From Candidatus Latescibacterota bacterium (GTDB lineage Bacteria; Latescibacterota; UBA2968; GCA-2709665): a stretch of DNA of 64,000 bases. Below are positions 39,816 through 48,897 of the stretch, one piece after another. Made by a program: the position numbers and the translations under genes. The stretch is from positions 2,816,001-2,880,000 of the forward strand of contig OZ250150.1 of assembly GCA_965237675.1 (NCBI GenBank), given 5' to 3'. Each line of letters starts with the position of its first letter. Within the stretch, counting starts at the first letter, position 1. Under the pieces are notes generated by a model that ran no database searches, was not told the DNA's origin, and saw nothing but the letters and a program-made list of their open reading frames with translations.

Positions 39816-41048
39816 ATGCGTTCACCCTTTTCTACTCATACACTGGATAACGGGCTTAAACTGGTATTCGAGTCCATTCCCAGGATTCACTCGGCGGCAC
39901 TGGGATTTTACGTGCATACCGGGTCGCGCGACGAACCCGCGGACCTGGCAGGGGTGTCGCATTTTCTGGAGCACATGTGTTTCAAGGGCACTGCAAATCG
40001 GGATTGGCGCCAGCTGAGCCTCGACGTCGACGATCTGGGCGCGATGTGGAATGCGTATACATGGTGGGAGGGCACGGCCTATTTTCACTGGGTGCAGAGC
40101 GATCGGGCGGCGAACTCGGCGGAAATTCTGGCCGACATGATGCGGTCGACACTGCCGGAAGACCAGTTCGACATAGAAAAGAAAGTGATCCTGGAAGAGA
40201 TTGCAATGTATCGAGACCGGCCTGATGCGTTGATTATCGACGAACTGATTCAGGAGGCATTTGCCGGGCATCCGCTGGGGCAGAGCGTACTCGGCACGGA
40301 GGACACGATCGGGCCGATCTCCCGGGATCAGATGGCGGATTATTTCCATGAGCGATATGGGCCCGATAACATGACATTTGTGATTACCGGCAGATTCGAT
40401 CGCGATGAAATGATCCGCGTGGCTGAAAACCATTGTGGCGGATGGGAAACACGGGAGGCGATCCGGGCGCAAATGAAACCGGAGTTTCGAGCTTCCAGGA
40501 AGGTGTTGGAGCGTACAAACGTGATCCGGGAACATATCGCCATGGCGTATCCCGCGCCATGCGACTCGGACGAATGGGCAACGACGGCCGATCTGCTGGC
40601 CTACTATCTGGGTGCGGCCAGCAATAGCCGTCTGTTCTGGTCGGTCGTTCAGAAGGGGCTGGCAGACGAGGCGTCGGCGGATTTTTGCGGGTTCAGCGAT
40701 ACCGGACTGTTTTGCGTTTATGTCTCCGTTGATCCGAAAAATGTCTCGCGAGTGCTGGAGATTGTCCGGCAAGAAGTGGACGAACTTAAGCGGGGGGTGG
40801 ACGGAGAAGCCCTTGCCCGGGCGAGGACCAAGCAGGCGACGGCACTCGTGACGGGCGGCGAGCACGGCCTCCGGCGTTTTTCACAGATTGTGGGAAGTTT
40901 GAGTACTGGCACGCCGCTGAAAACGCTGGAAGAGGAGTTGGCCGAGATCGACGCGGTGACGCCGGGACGGATCGCCGAATATCTGGAACGGTATCCACTG
41001 GATGGTGAACCGGCGGTAGTCGCCCTCGGACCGCTAACGTCTATCTGA
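39816..41048 (+). CDS. M16 zinc peptidase, catalytic subunit
   Basis: GSRDE, GVSHFLEHMCFKG (HxxEH), NAYT, EKKVILEEI, SRLF. Confidence 0.92.
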   Translation: MRSPFSTHTLDNGLKLVFESIPRIHSAALGFYVHTGSRDEPADLAGVSHFLEHMCFKGTANRDWRQLSLDVDDLGAMWNAYTWWEGTAYFHWVQSDRAANSAEILADMMRSTLPEDQFDIEKKVILEEIAMYRDRPDALIIDELIQEAFAGHPLGQSVLGTEDTIGPISRDQMADYFHERYGPDNMTFVITGRFDRDEMIRVAENHCGGWETREAIRAQMKPEFRASRKVLERTNVIREHIAMAYPAPCDSDEWATTADLLAYYLGAASNSRLFWSVVQKGLADEASADFCGFSDTGLFCVYVSVDPKNVSRVLEIVRQEVDELKRGVDGEALARARTKQATALVTGGEHGLRRFSQIVGSLSTGTPLKTLEEELAEIDAVTPGRIAEYLERYPLDGEPAVVALGPLTSI

Positions 41049-41079
41049 GAAGCAGACGCTATCCGTGGGCCTTGGCCGT

Positions 41080-42303
41080 TCAGGCGTAGCGGGCGAGGGC
41101 TTCGTCGAGGGATCGGGTGGCGTTGAAGAAGGAGAGCACGCGCAACAGCACGGCATCTACAATGGCGTCCGGGCACGAGGCGCCCGAGGTCAGCGCCACA
41201 TTCAGGGGGCGTTTGACAGGAAGCCAGTCCGCCGTAAGGGCGGCTTTTTTCGTTTCCAGGTCGAAATGGCGGATGGATGATTCCGAGCGGATTTCATCCG
41301 CGTCCTTGACAAAATAGGTGGGCATTTTTTCGTGGCAGAGTTCCACGATGTGGGAGGTGTTGGAGGAGTTGTAACCGCCGACGACGAGCGCCATGTCAGC
41401 GTCCTGTTCGATCAGGGCGTAGGTCGCGTTCTGGTTTTCATTGGTTGCGTAGCAGAGGGTATCCGAGGTGTCGGCGAAGTGATTCTGAACGTTCTGATCG
41501 CCGTAATGTTCCGCCATGCTTTCGCGCAGTATCTTTGCTATGTGCCGTGTTTCGGTGGCAAGCATGGTGGTCTGATTGACGACGCCGATGCGTTGGAGGT
41601 GCCGGTCCGGGTCGAAGCCTTCCGAGCACTTGTGGCCAAAGCGCTTGAAGAACGTGTCGCGGTCTGCCATGCCGCGGATGACGTCGGCAAGAATGTGCGC
41701 CTCTTCCAGGTCCAATACCACAACGGTGGGCGCGCTTCGGACGCTGTGGGAGAAGGTGGCGCGGGTTTCCTGGTGGGTGTCGTTTCCATGCACGATCACG
41801 GAGAATCCGGAATCACCCAGTTTGGCACTGCGGTTCCACACCCGTTCCACAAAGGGGCAGGTTGTGTTGTAAGTATACGCGTCGATGCCGCGTTTGGCGA
41901 GGGCCTCCTGAATTTCCAAGGACGTGCCGAAGGCGGGTACAACGACGATATCTTCCGGTTCAAGGTGTTCCCATGGAATGAGTTGCATTCCGAAGGGGTC
42001 GAACATGAACCGCACGCCCCGGTCTTGCAGGTCGTTGTTGACCTTCGGGTTGTGGATCATTTCATTGAGGAAAAAGATGCGTTGATCCGGATGCTCCTCC
42101 AGCGTTTTATAAGCAATTTCAATGGCGTTCTCCACACCAAAACAGAACCCGAAGTGCCGGGCCAGCAGAAACCGAACGGGACCGAAGTCGAGCACTGAAG
42201 GCGTGAGATCCCGTTTGCGTATGTCTTGCGCCTGCCTGAACGCCTTCACGCGCGAGATTACGGGACTCTTGTAGAAGTCAGGAATTTTGAATTGGCGTGC
42301 CAT
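41080..42303 (-). CDS. ispH: 4-hydroxy-3-methylbut-2-enyl diphosphate reductase
   Basis: FGFCFGVENA, MIHNP, TCPFV, HQET, NQTTML, DTLCYATNENQ, VGGYNSSNT, TSGASCP. Confidence 0.95.
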   Translation of the reverse strand: MARQFKIPDFYKSPVISRVKAFRQAQDIRKRDLTPSVLDFGPVRFLLARHFGFCFGVENAIEIAYKTLEEHPDQRIFFLNEMIHNPKVNNDLQDRGVRFMFDPFGMQLIPWEHLEPEDIVVVPAFGTSLEIQEALAKRGIDAYTYNTTCPFVERVWNRSAKLGDSGFSVIVHGNDTHQETRATFSHSVRSAPTVVVLDLEEAHILADVIRGMADRDTFFKRFGHKCSEGFDPDRHLQRIGVVNQTTMLATETRHIAKILRESMAEHYGDQNVQNHFADTSDTLCYATNENQNATYALIEQDADMALVVGGYNSSNTSHIVELCHEKMPTYFVKDADEIRSESSIRHFDLETKKAALTADWLPVKRPLNVALTSGASCPDAIVDAVLLRVLSFFNATRSLDEALARYA

Positions 42304-42374
42304 GGTTCGAATCAAGTTGACGAATGGGGCCTGCCGGGTTCGGGAAGAAGTCCGGGCGCCCGCCGGCCGGCGCG

Positions 42375-42821
42375 TTATTGCCCGGTGCTGCCGAAACCTC
42401 CACGGTCGGGTGCGTCGAGTTGGTCTGCTTCCTCCCATTCGGCCTGGACGATTCGGACGAAGATGCCCTGCGCGAGTCGCTCACGCCGCCCGACACTTAC
42501 CGGGCGGTCCGTAAAGTTGTAAACCTGGACGTGGATCTCGTCATTGGGACCGCGATAATCCTGGTCCACAATGCCAACGCCGTTCGGTACCATCAGGCCT
42601 TTCGTGAAAGGTAAGCTGCTGCGGGCGGCCAGCAGGAGCATGTAGCCGGGTGGAACCGCAACGATGAGGTTGGCCGGGACAAGACGAATTTCACCCGGAG
42701 GAACGGTCGTCGTCTTCCGGCACAGCAGATCGAATCCGACCGAGCCCGGAGTCTGGTGGCTCGGCAGAGGGAGCGAGGAGTCCACTCTTTTGATCAGTAT
42801 TTTTTTTACGTGTTCAGGCAG
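42375..42821 (-). CDS. dut: dUTP diphosphatase
   Basis: GSVGFDL, ARSS, NGVGIVDQDYRG, RLAQ, RGGFGSTG; frame extends upstream of GTG 42785 to a CTG behind AAGGA. Confidence 0.92.
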   Translation of the reverse strand: MPEHVKKILIKRVDSSLPLPSHQTPGSVGFDLLCRKTTTVPPGEIRLVPANLIVAVPPGYMLLLAARSSLPFTKGLMVPNGVGIVDQDYRGPNDEIHVQVYNFTDRPVSVGRRERLAQGIFVRIVQAEWEEADQLDAPDRGGFGSTGQ

Positions 42822-43066
42822 TGTCGCGTTTCCTTTCGGGCAGGCTTGTCGATGACAATAATGTAAACCATCGGGTCGTCGGCTGTCAATAGTTTTCCTG
42901 AAAACAGTGTGGACACCCGTCGTTACGGATCACCAATATGGCTTGACTTTCACATGTTCCTTTGTCATCATGGACGTCGGATTATGAAAACCATACGGGT
43001 CTCTTGACCAACAGTCGATTGTTGTGAGTTCAGGGTTGGTTTCACAAGCCAGTGTGTGAATGAGAG

Positions 43067-45022
43067 ATGAATCCGGATTACGAACATTGGACGCGGTATC
43101 TGCTGCCGCTTCCCCACGAGGTCGCCTTCGAGGGTGATGTAGAATGCCGTCCCGAGGGGGTTTCGATTGTGGTGCGGACGGGCGCCGGGGCGATCGAAAA
43201 ACACGCGGCGGCGATGTTGGAACGCCTGTGCGGCGCAGCTGCGGGGGACGAACCCGTGGGCGGTGCGTTTGAGATCGCGATCGGGGTGGTAGATAGCGGC
43301 CCGGATGCGGAGCGGTTGCGGGGGTTGCCGAATTTCGAACAGGCATATGCGATCCGGCCGGAGGGACAGAAGCGGCTGGTGCTCGCCGCGTTGTCTGAAC
43401 CCGGAATATTGTATGCGGCCCAGACACTTCGCCAACTCCTGGAGCCGATGCTGTTACCTGAAAGCATCCGCATTCCGCTCGTTTCGGTGACCGATTGGCC
43501 GGATCTGGACGAACGCGGCATGTGGAACTTTCCCTCGCCGGAGGAATGGATCCCGTGGATGGCATCGATGAAATTGAACTATGGCAAAATGGATTCCACG
43601 GAACTGTCGACGGTGGTGCGAGGGAAACCGAACAGCGCCAGGATCGATACGGCGCTTATGGAAGCGGCGCGCCTGCTCGGATTTCACTATGTGCCACTTA
43701 TAACCCATTTGAATTTTCTGCATGACCGCGGCCTGTATCGCGCTTATCCCGAGTTGGCGGGCAAAGGCGACGGCGCGCTGGCAGGGCGATATTTCGCCCA
43801 TAAGGAAGGCAATCAGCATCGTGTGCCGTGCGCGTCCAATCCCCTGCTGGTGGAAATTCTGGCAGAGTGGATGGCGGATATCGCGTCTCAGGGCGCACCC
43901 CAGGTGGGCTGCTGGTTGAGCGAGCGGCCCGCTCAGTGTGAATGTGACGATTGCACGGCCCACGGGCAGTTCGTGCTTGAAGCCAGGGCGTTTGTCAAAG
44001 CCCGGAAACGGATTCGCCCGCGGTATCCCGATTTCAACATTCGCATTTTCCTGTCCACCACCACGTCGGAGCGGGATTACCGCGTTGTAGCGGAGTTGCC
44101 GGGGGAAGTGAAAATCGAGCGCGCCTGCGCTACCGAAATGGAGCGCGTGTTGCACCTGCCGAGAGATCTGACGGCCAACCCCCTTTTGGATTACCATGCT
44201 TCGCAGGGTCGATGGATCGCCAGCTACGACGTGCCGATCAACGCGAACGGACGGGTGGATACCCCCGAGTTCAAGGTACCGCAGTCGTCGGCGCATCGGA
44301 TCCGGGACTATGTGGGTCAGCTGATACGGCGGAAATACAGCGGGGCCTACGGAATGATGGCGTGGGTGTCCATGGGCAAGGAGACGTGCGGGTTCAATGT
44401 CGCGGCCCTGGCGGAGTATTCATGGAACTTAAACGGTCGCAGTGAAAAGGAGTTCGCCATCGCGTGGGCCACGCGGGAAGGCTATGCCGATGCCGAGGCG
44501 TTCGGGGAATGGTCGGAACGGATAGGGCCCGTGGCGTTTGATGTCTACGATTCCGATTTTCCGATCTGTTATTCCTGGGGGAAGGCGGTCGAGATGATTC
44601 GGCGGAAACGGCGCCCGTATCTCGGCGAGGGCATGTTCCGGTACTATGAACGTGTAGAGGCCTTTGACGAAAAAGTGAACACGTGCCGCCAGGCAATGCA
44701 GATCGCTTATGAATTCGCCCGCCACGATCGTGTCAATGAGACTCGCGTCGTCATGACCTACGTGGAACTTGCCCGCTGCGTCTATCACGTTGCGGAGCAG
44801 GTGGCGACACGCGACCTGGCGGATCCGGACGTTCAGGCACAGCTTCACGCGGCGTTTGAATCGCTTGAGAGAGCCGGCGGGGCCAACGTCGCCGCCATCC
44901 GGACCTGGCGGGCGGCGCTGGGGCCGGAGCCGTGGCATGATAGGGTTTACGATGCGATTCGAGGCACGGAGACAACCGTGCGCGAGATTGAAAAGCTCTT
45001 ACAGGAGCGGTATTGCCATTAA
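43067..45022 (+). CDS. Uncharacterised protein with N-terminal GH20/GH67-like zincin fold and putative TIM-barrel
   Basis: LLPLPHEV...EQAYAI...LVLAA...GILYAAQTLRQL...DWPDLDERGMW, the hexosaminidase domain-2 pattern; C-terminal part not recognised. Confidence 0.6.
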   Translation: MNPDYEHWTRYLLPLPHEVAFEGDVECRPEGVSIVVRTGAGAIEKHAAAMLERLCGAAAGDEPVGGAFEIAIGVVDSGPDAERLRGLPNFEQAYAIRPEGQKRLVLAALSEPGILYAAQTLRQLLEPMLLPESIRIPLVSVTDWPDLDERGMWNFPSPEEWIPWMASMKLNYGKMDSTELSTVVRGKPNSARIDTALMEAARLLGFHYVPLITHLNFLHDRGLYRAYPELAGKGDGALAGRYFAHKEGNQHRVPCASNPLLVEILAEWMADIASQGAPQVGCWLSERPAQCECDDCTAHGQFVLEARAFVKARKRIRPRYPDFNIRIFLSTTTSERDYRVVAELPGEVKIERACATEMERVLHLPRDLTANPLLDYHASQGRWIASYDVPINANGRVDTPEFKVPQSSAHRIRDYVGQLIRRKYSGAYGMMAWVSMGKETCGFNVAALAEYSWNLNGRSEKEFAIAWATREGYADAEAFGEWSERIGPVAFDVYDSDFPICYSWGKAVEMIRRKRRPYLGEGMFRYYERVEAFDEKVNTCRQAMQIAYEFARHDRVNETRVVMTYVELARCVYHVAEQVATRDLADPDVQAQLHAAFESLERAGGANVAAIRTWRAALGPEPWHDRVYDAIRGTETTVREIEKLLQERYCH

Positions 45023-45055
45023 TCGGGTACAAACATCACCTCACGGGAAACGTCG

Positions 45056-46111
45056 ATGCCGGTCTTGTCACATCTGAATCTCAGACAGTGCGGATATGCG
45101 ATATTCGAAGCCGCCGGGCTACCCGGAAATCAGGCGCGGATCGTAACGGATCATCTGGTGGATGCGAATCTGGTGGGACACGACTCCCACGGGATCATCC
45201 GGATGCCAGGCTACGCGCGCGGCGTGAAGGCGGGTGGAATCAAGCCCGCCGGAGGCCACAAAGTGGTTCGGGAGACGCCCGCGTCGATGACCATCGATGC
45301 GGACGGAGGGATCGGCATCGTGGTGGCCAATCTGGCCATGGGTATGGCGGTGGACCGGGCCCTTCAGCACACGATCGGGGCGGTTGCGGTCCATCGGTCC
45401 GGGCATATCGGCCGGCTCGGCGATTTCCCGTCTATTGCGGCAGAGCGGGATTGTATCGGAATATTGATTTTGAATGGAGGCGGACGTTTCGCGGCGCCGT
45501 TCGGCGGCACGGGCCGGCGTCTGCCTCCCAATCCGATCGCGATTGGCGTCCCCACTGGAGACGGTCCGCCGATGACGCTGGATATGACGACAAGCGTCGT
45601 GGCCGGCGGCAAGATCGACATCTGCCGTGTGCGGAAACAGGCCGTGCCCGAAGGCTGGCTGGTAGACCGGCACGGAAACGCCGTGACCGATCCGGAGGTC
45701 TTCTACGCCGGAGATGCGGCCATGTTGCCCCTCGGCGGCCCCGCCGGACACAAGGGATACGGCCTGGCGATGATGATCGACGCCATCGCGGGCGGCCTTT
45801 CATGGGCTGGGTGCAGTGCGGAGACGCCCACCCGGGGCGGGAGCGGGTTTTTGGCGTTGGCAATCAAGATCGAGAGTTTTGCCGACGTGGACGACTTCAA
45901 GTCGGAGGTGCGGGGTCTGATCGATTGGGTGAAGTCGTCGCCGACGATGCCGGGGGTGGATCGGGTGTACGTGCCGGGAGAGATCGAGACGGAGACCCGC
46001 AGGAAGCGGGAGGCGGAGGGGGTTTTCGTGGAGGAGGCAACGTGGTCGGAAATCCGTTCCGTGGCCGAAGAACTGGGCGTGCCCGTGTCGGAAAACGGAA
46101 CCATGACGTAA
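45056..46111 (+). CDS. Ldh_2 family (malate/L-lactate/ureidoglycolate-type) dehydrogenase
   Basis: GHDSHG, HIGRLG, PNPIAIG, LDMTTS, LPLGG..GHKGYGL, VYVPGE. Confidence 0.92.
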   Translation: MPVLSHLNLRQCGYAIFEAAGLPGNQARIVTDHLVDANLVGHDSHGIIRMPGYARGVKAGGIKPAGGHKVVRETPASMTIDADGGIGIVVANLAMGMAVDRALQHTIGAVAVHRSGHIGRLGDFPSIAAERDCIGILILNGGGRFAAPFGGTGRRLPPNPIAIGVPTGDGPPMTLDMTTSVVAGGKIDICRVRKQAVPEGWLVDRHGNAVTDPEVFYAGDAAMLPLGGPAGHKGYGLAMMIDAIAGGLSWAGCSAETPTRGGSGFLALAIKIESFADVDDFKSEVRGLIDWVKSSPTMPGVDRVYVPGEIETETRRKREAEGVFVEEATWSEIRSVAEELGVPVSENGTMT

Positions 46112-46156
46112 TGGCTGAAGCGTCCACCGATTCCAATTTTACGATGGAGAATCAGA

Positions 46157-48784
46157 ATGTCCGGTCCGCCTCGTTCGGTCGTTGATTTCTGTAAAAAAGT
46201 TTTGCCCCTGCTGCACAGGAAAACAGACGGTAGACGGGTACTGGAGGATGTGCGTGCGGTTGTGGCAACGGACCGGTGGAATTCATTCGACCGCTTCACT
46301 GAAACCACAGAGTTGCTGGTAAGGCGTTACGAGGATTCCGGCGCGAAGGCCGAGGTGCATACCATGCGGACGGGTGGTTCCATCGGATCGGGGCGATGGA
46401 TCATTCATAAAGCCGCGGATGTGCGTTCCGCGACGATGGACCTGATTCGTCCGGTAAAGACGCGTATTCTGGACTACAAGGAGAACCCGTGGCACGTGAT
46501 TCAATGGAGCGACGCCACACCGCCCGGCGGAATGGAGAATGAACTGGCTGTCGTGGATACAAAGGAGGCCCTGAGGCGAATTCCCCGTGACGGGCTGTCC
46601 GGGAAGGTGGTACTGACACGGATGGATCCGCGCGGAATGTTGCAGTCCCTCGGGGAATCCGGCGCCGCCGGGGTCGTTACCGATCACCCGGTGCCGAACC
46701 TGCCCGACGCGACAGCGTGGACGAAATTCGGGTGGGGTGGCGTGCCGATTCAGGACGCGGCGGTTCAGATGGTGGGCCTGGTGCTATCCGAGAACCAGGG
46801 AAAACGGCTGCGCCGCCTGGTTCGGAAGCACGGTTGCCTGACGGTGCGGACAGACGTGGATATTCGGCACTATCAGGGAACACACGATCAGGTGAGCGGG
46901 ATCGTGCCGGGTGACGCGGACCCTCAGGATGAGGTATGGGTGCTCGCGCACAGCGCGGAGCCGGGTGCAATCGACAATGCATCGGGCGTGGCGCTTTGTC
47001 TGGAGATCGCACGCATTCTCGAGGCGTTGATCTCGGACGGCGCGCTGCCCCGGCCCAGACGCACAATCCGCCTGATGAGTGCCTACGAATGTCACGGGTT
47101 TTTCAAATACCTGGAAGACGTGCAGCGCCTGCAAACGCCCCTTGCGGGTGTCGTCATCGATACGGTGGGAAGCAAGCCTTCGGTATGCGGCGGCCGGCTC
47201 GAGTGGCATGCGACGATCCCGATGTCGGCCGGCTTTGTGGACCGCCTGGGAGAAGTGATTCTGAACGAAACGCTCCGCCTGCGGAATCCTGGCTATCGTC
47301 TGTTTATGGAGCCGTTTCAACCCACGTCCGATACGCTGATTGGCGATCCGAAGTATGGATTCCCATGCCCCTGGCTCACCACGCACCACCGGAAATCCGG
47401 CCGGGGATTCGATGCTTATCATTCATCCGCCGACACGCCTGATCTTTTGAGTACAACCGGCCTGGCGGCATGCGCAACGGCAATGGCGGGTTATCTGTAC
47501 TGGCTGGCGGATGCGGGCAGCGAGGAAATCGTTGACGTGGCCGCAGCGGAGACCGCAAGAACGATCGAGCGGGTGCGGCGGGCGGGTTCGTCCGTTGTGC
47601 AGGTCGAATTTGAACGCGAGCAGCATCGTGTGAATCTGGAAAAACTCCAACGCTGGATGTGGCGAGGGCGCCGGTCGGATGTTATGGCGCGTTTCATGGA
47701 CCACGAGCGCGAGGTGCGGGACGCCGTGGAAGTCGTGGTGAAGGGCAGGAGGCGTCCACGCCGCAGACGGATTGAAGGCGCGGATCTGATTCCGAGACGG
47801 ACCCGTTTACTGGCCCCCATCGGGGAGAACGCGCCGCCTGAGATCGTCCGACGGATCGGCGAAACGAAGCTTTCACCCTGGGCACTGTTCTGGGCGGACG
47901 GCAATCGGACACTCCAGGAGATCTCACAGGCCGTGGCGTCCGAGACGGGGAGCGCGGTGACGGTTGAGCGGGTCATCGCCTATTTCGAGGCGCACGCCGA
48001 ACTGGGGTACGTGGAGCTTATCCGCGAGGCGGAACAGGTGACGCGCGCCGGTCTGCTGGCGGACCTCCGGGCGCTGGGACTGGCACGGGGCATGGATGTG
48101 ATGGTGCACAGTTCCCTTTCGTCAATCGGACACGTAGTGGGTGGCGCGGATACCGTAATTGAGGCTCTGCTGGCGGTCATTGGTAAGCGAGGCACCCTGA
48201 TGATGCCCTCCTTCAACCACCGGGCCGCCAGTGTGTACAATCCGATAACCACGCCGACGACAAACGGCGCAATCCCCGATGCGTTCTGGCGGCGCCCGGA
48301 CGCGGTCCGGAGCGACCATCCCACACACGCGGTGGCTGCCGTGGGGCCGAGGGCGGAGGCGCTCTGCCGTGACCACAGCAAGAAGGGCCTGTGGACGCCG
48401 GACAGCCCCATCGGCCAACTCGTGCATGGGAACGGGTACGTATTGCTGCTGGGGGTCGACCACAATGCCACAACGGCCTACCATGTGGCTGAGCTTTCGG
48501 TGCCGTGCGGCTGTATCGACCCGTTTGGCAATACCTACCGTGTTGTGATGCCCGACGGCGGCGTGGGCCTGGTCAAGGGGCTGGCGTTCCGGTCGGCGCT
48601 TTGTCCGGTGCCGCCGGGGAAACTGAACAAAGCCCTGGATCGCAGGGGTAAGCAGCGCCGTGGAAGTGTGGGCGCGGCTGACTCGATCTTTGTGCCGGCA
48701 ATAGAGGTCTGGAAGGCGCGGCGGGACCATCTGCGTAACGTATGTCCGAGGTGTGACATCAAGCCCAGGATAGTTGACCCGTAA
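46157..48784 (+). CDS. Fusion of DUF4910/M28-like metallopeptidase (with winged helix) and AAC(3)-family N-acetyltransferase
   Basis: AHSAEPGAIDNASG, YE, IDTVG, YHSSADT, WADGNRTLQEI; C-terminal LRALGL..GMDVMVHSSLSSIG, GTLMMPSF, RSDHPTHAVAA, LLLGV..NATTAYHVAE. Confidence 0.85.
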   Translation: MSGPPRSVVDFCKKVLPLLHRKTDGRRVLEDVRAVVATDRWNSFDRFTETTELLVRRYEDSGAKAEVHTMRTGGSIGSGRWIIHKAADVRSATMDLIRPVKTRILDYKENPWHVIQWSDATPPGGMENELAVVDTKEALRRIPRDGLSGKVVLTRMDPRGMLQSLGESGAAGVVTDHPVPNLPDATAWTKFGWGGVPIQDAAVQMVGLVLSENQGKRLRRLVRKHGCLTVRTDVDIRHYQGTHDQVSGIVPGDADPQDEVWVLAHSAEPGAIDNASGVALCLEIARILEALISDGALPRPRRTIRLMSAYECHGFFKYLEDVQRLQTPLAGVVIDTVGSKPSVCGGRLEWHATIPMSAGFVDRLGEVILNETLRLRNPGYRLFMEPFQPTSDTLIGDPKYGFPCPWLTTHHRKSGRGFDAYHSSADTPDLLSTTGLAACATAMAGYLYWLADAGSEEIVDVAAAETARTIERVRRAGSSVVQVEFEREQHRVNLEKLQRWMWRGRRSDVMARFMDHEREVRDAVEVVVKGRRRPRRRRIEGADLIPRRTRLLAPIGENAPPEIVRRIGETKLSPWALFWADGNRTLQEISQAVASETGSAVTVERVIAYFEAHAELGYVELIREAEQVTRAGLLADLRALGLARGMDVMVHSSLSSIGHVVGGADTVIEALLAVIGKRGTLMMPSFNHRAASVYNPITTPTTNGAIPDAFWRRPDAVRSDHPTHAVAAVGPRAEALCRDHSKKGLWTPDSPIGQLVHGNGYVLLLGVDHNATTAYHVAELSVPCGCIDPFGNTYRVVMPDGGVGLVKGLAFRSALCPVPPGKLNKALDRRGKQRRGSVGAADSIFVPAIEVWKARRDHLRNVCPRCDIKPRIVDP

Positions 48785-48897
48785 ACGACGGGGCCGATGC
48801 TCGGGGCATGATGGGGCCACGTGGAACGACCCGCTGGACCCGGGGGACAGTGTGGTGACATATTTCCGGGACCGAACACTTGAGAGGATTGTCCGCG

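Noticed and set aside
48040-48784. Calling the AAC(3) domain an antibiotic-resistance gene
   Set aside because: It is fused to a hydrolase in a metabolic operon with no mobile context; the substrate is unknown
48812-48827. parS-like sequence GGGGCCACGTGGAACG
   Set aside because: The left arm mismatches the TGTTTCACGTGAAACA consensus; no good parS was seen near parAB either
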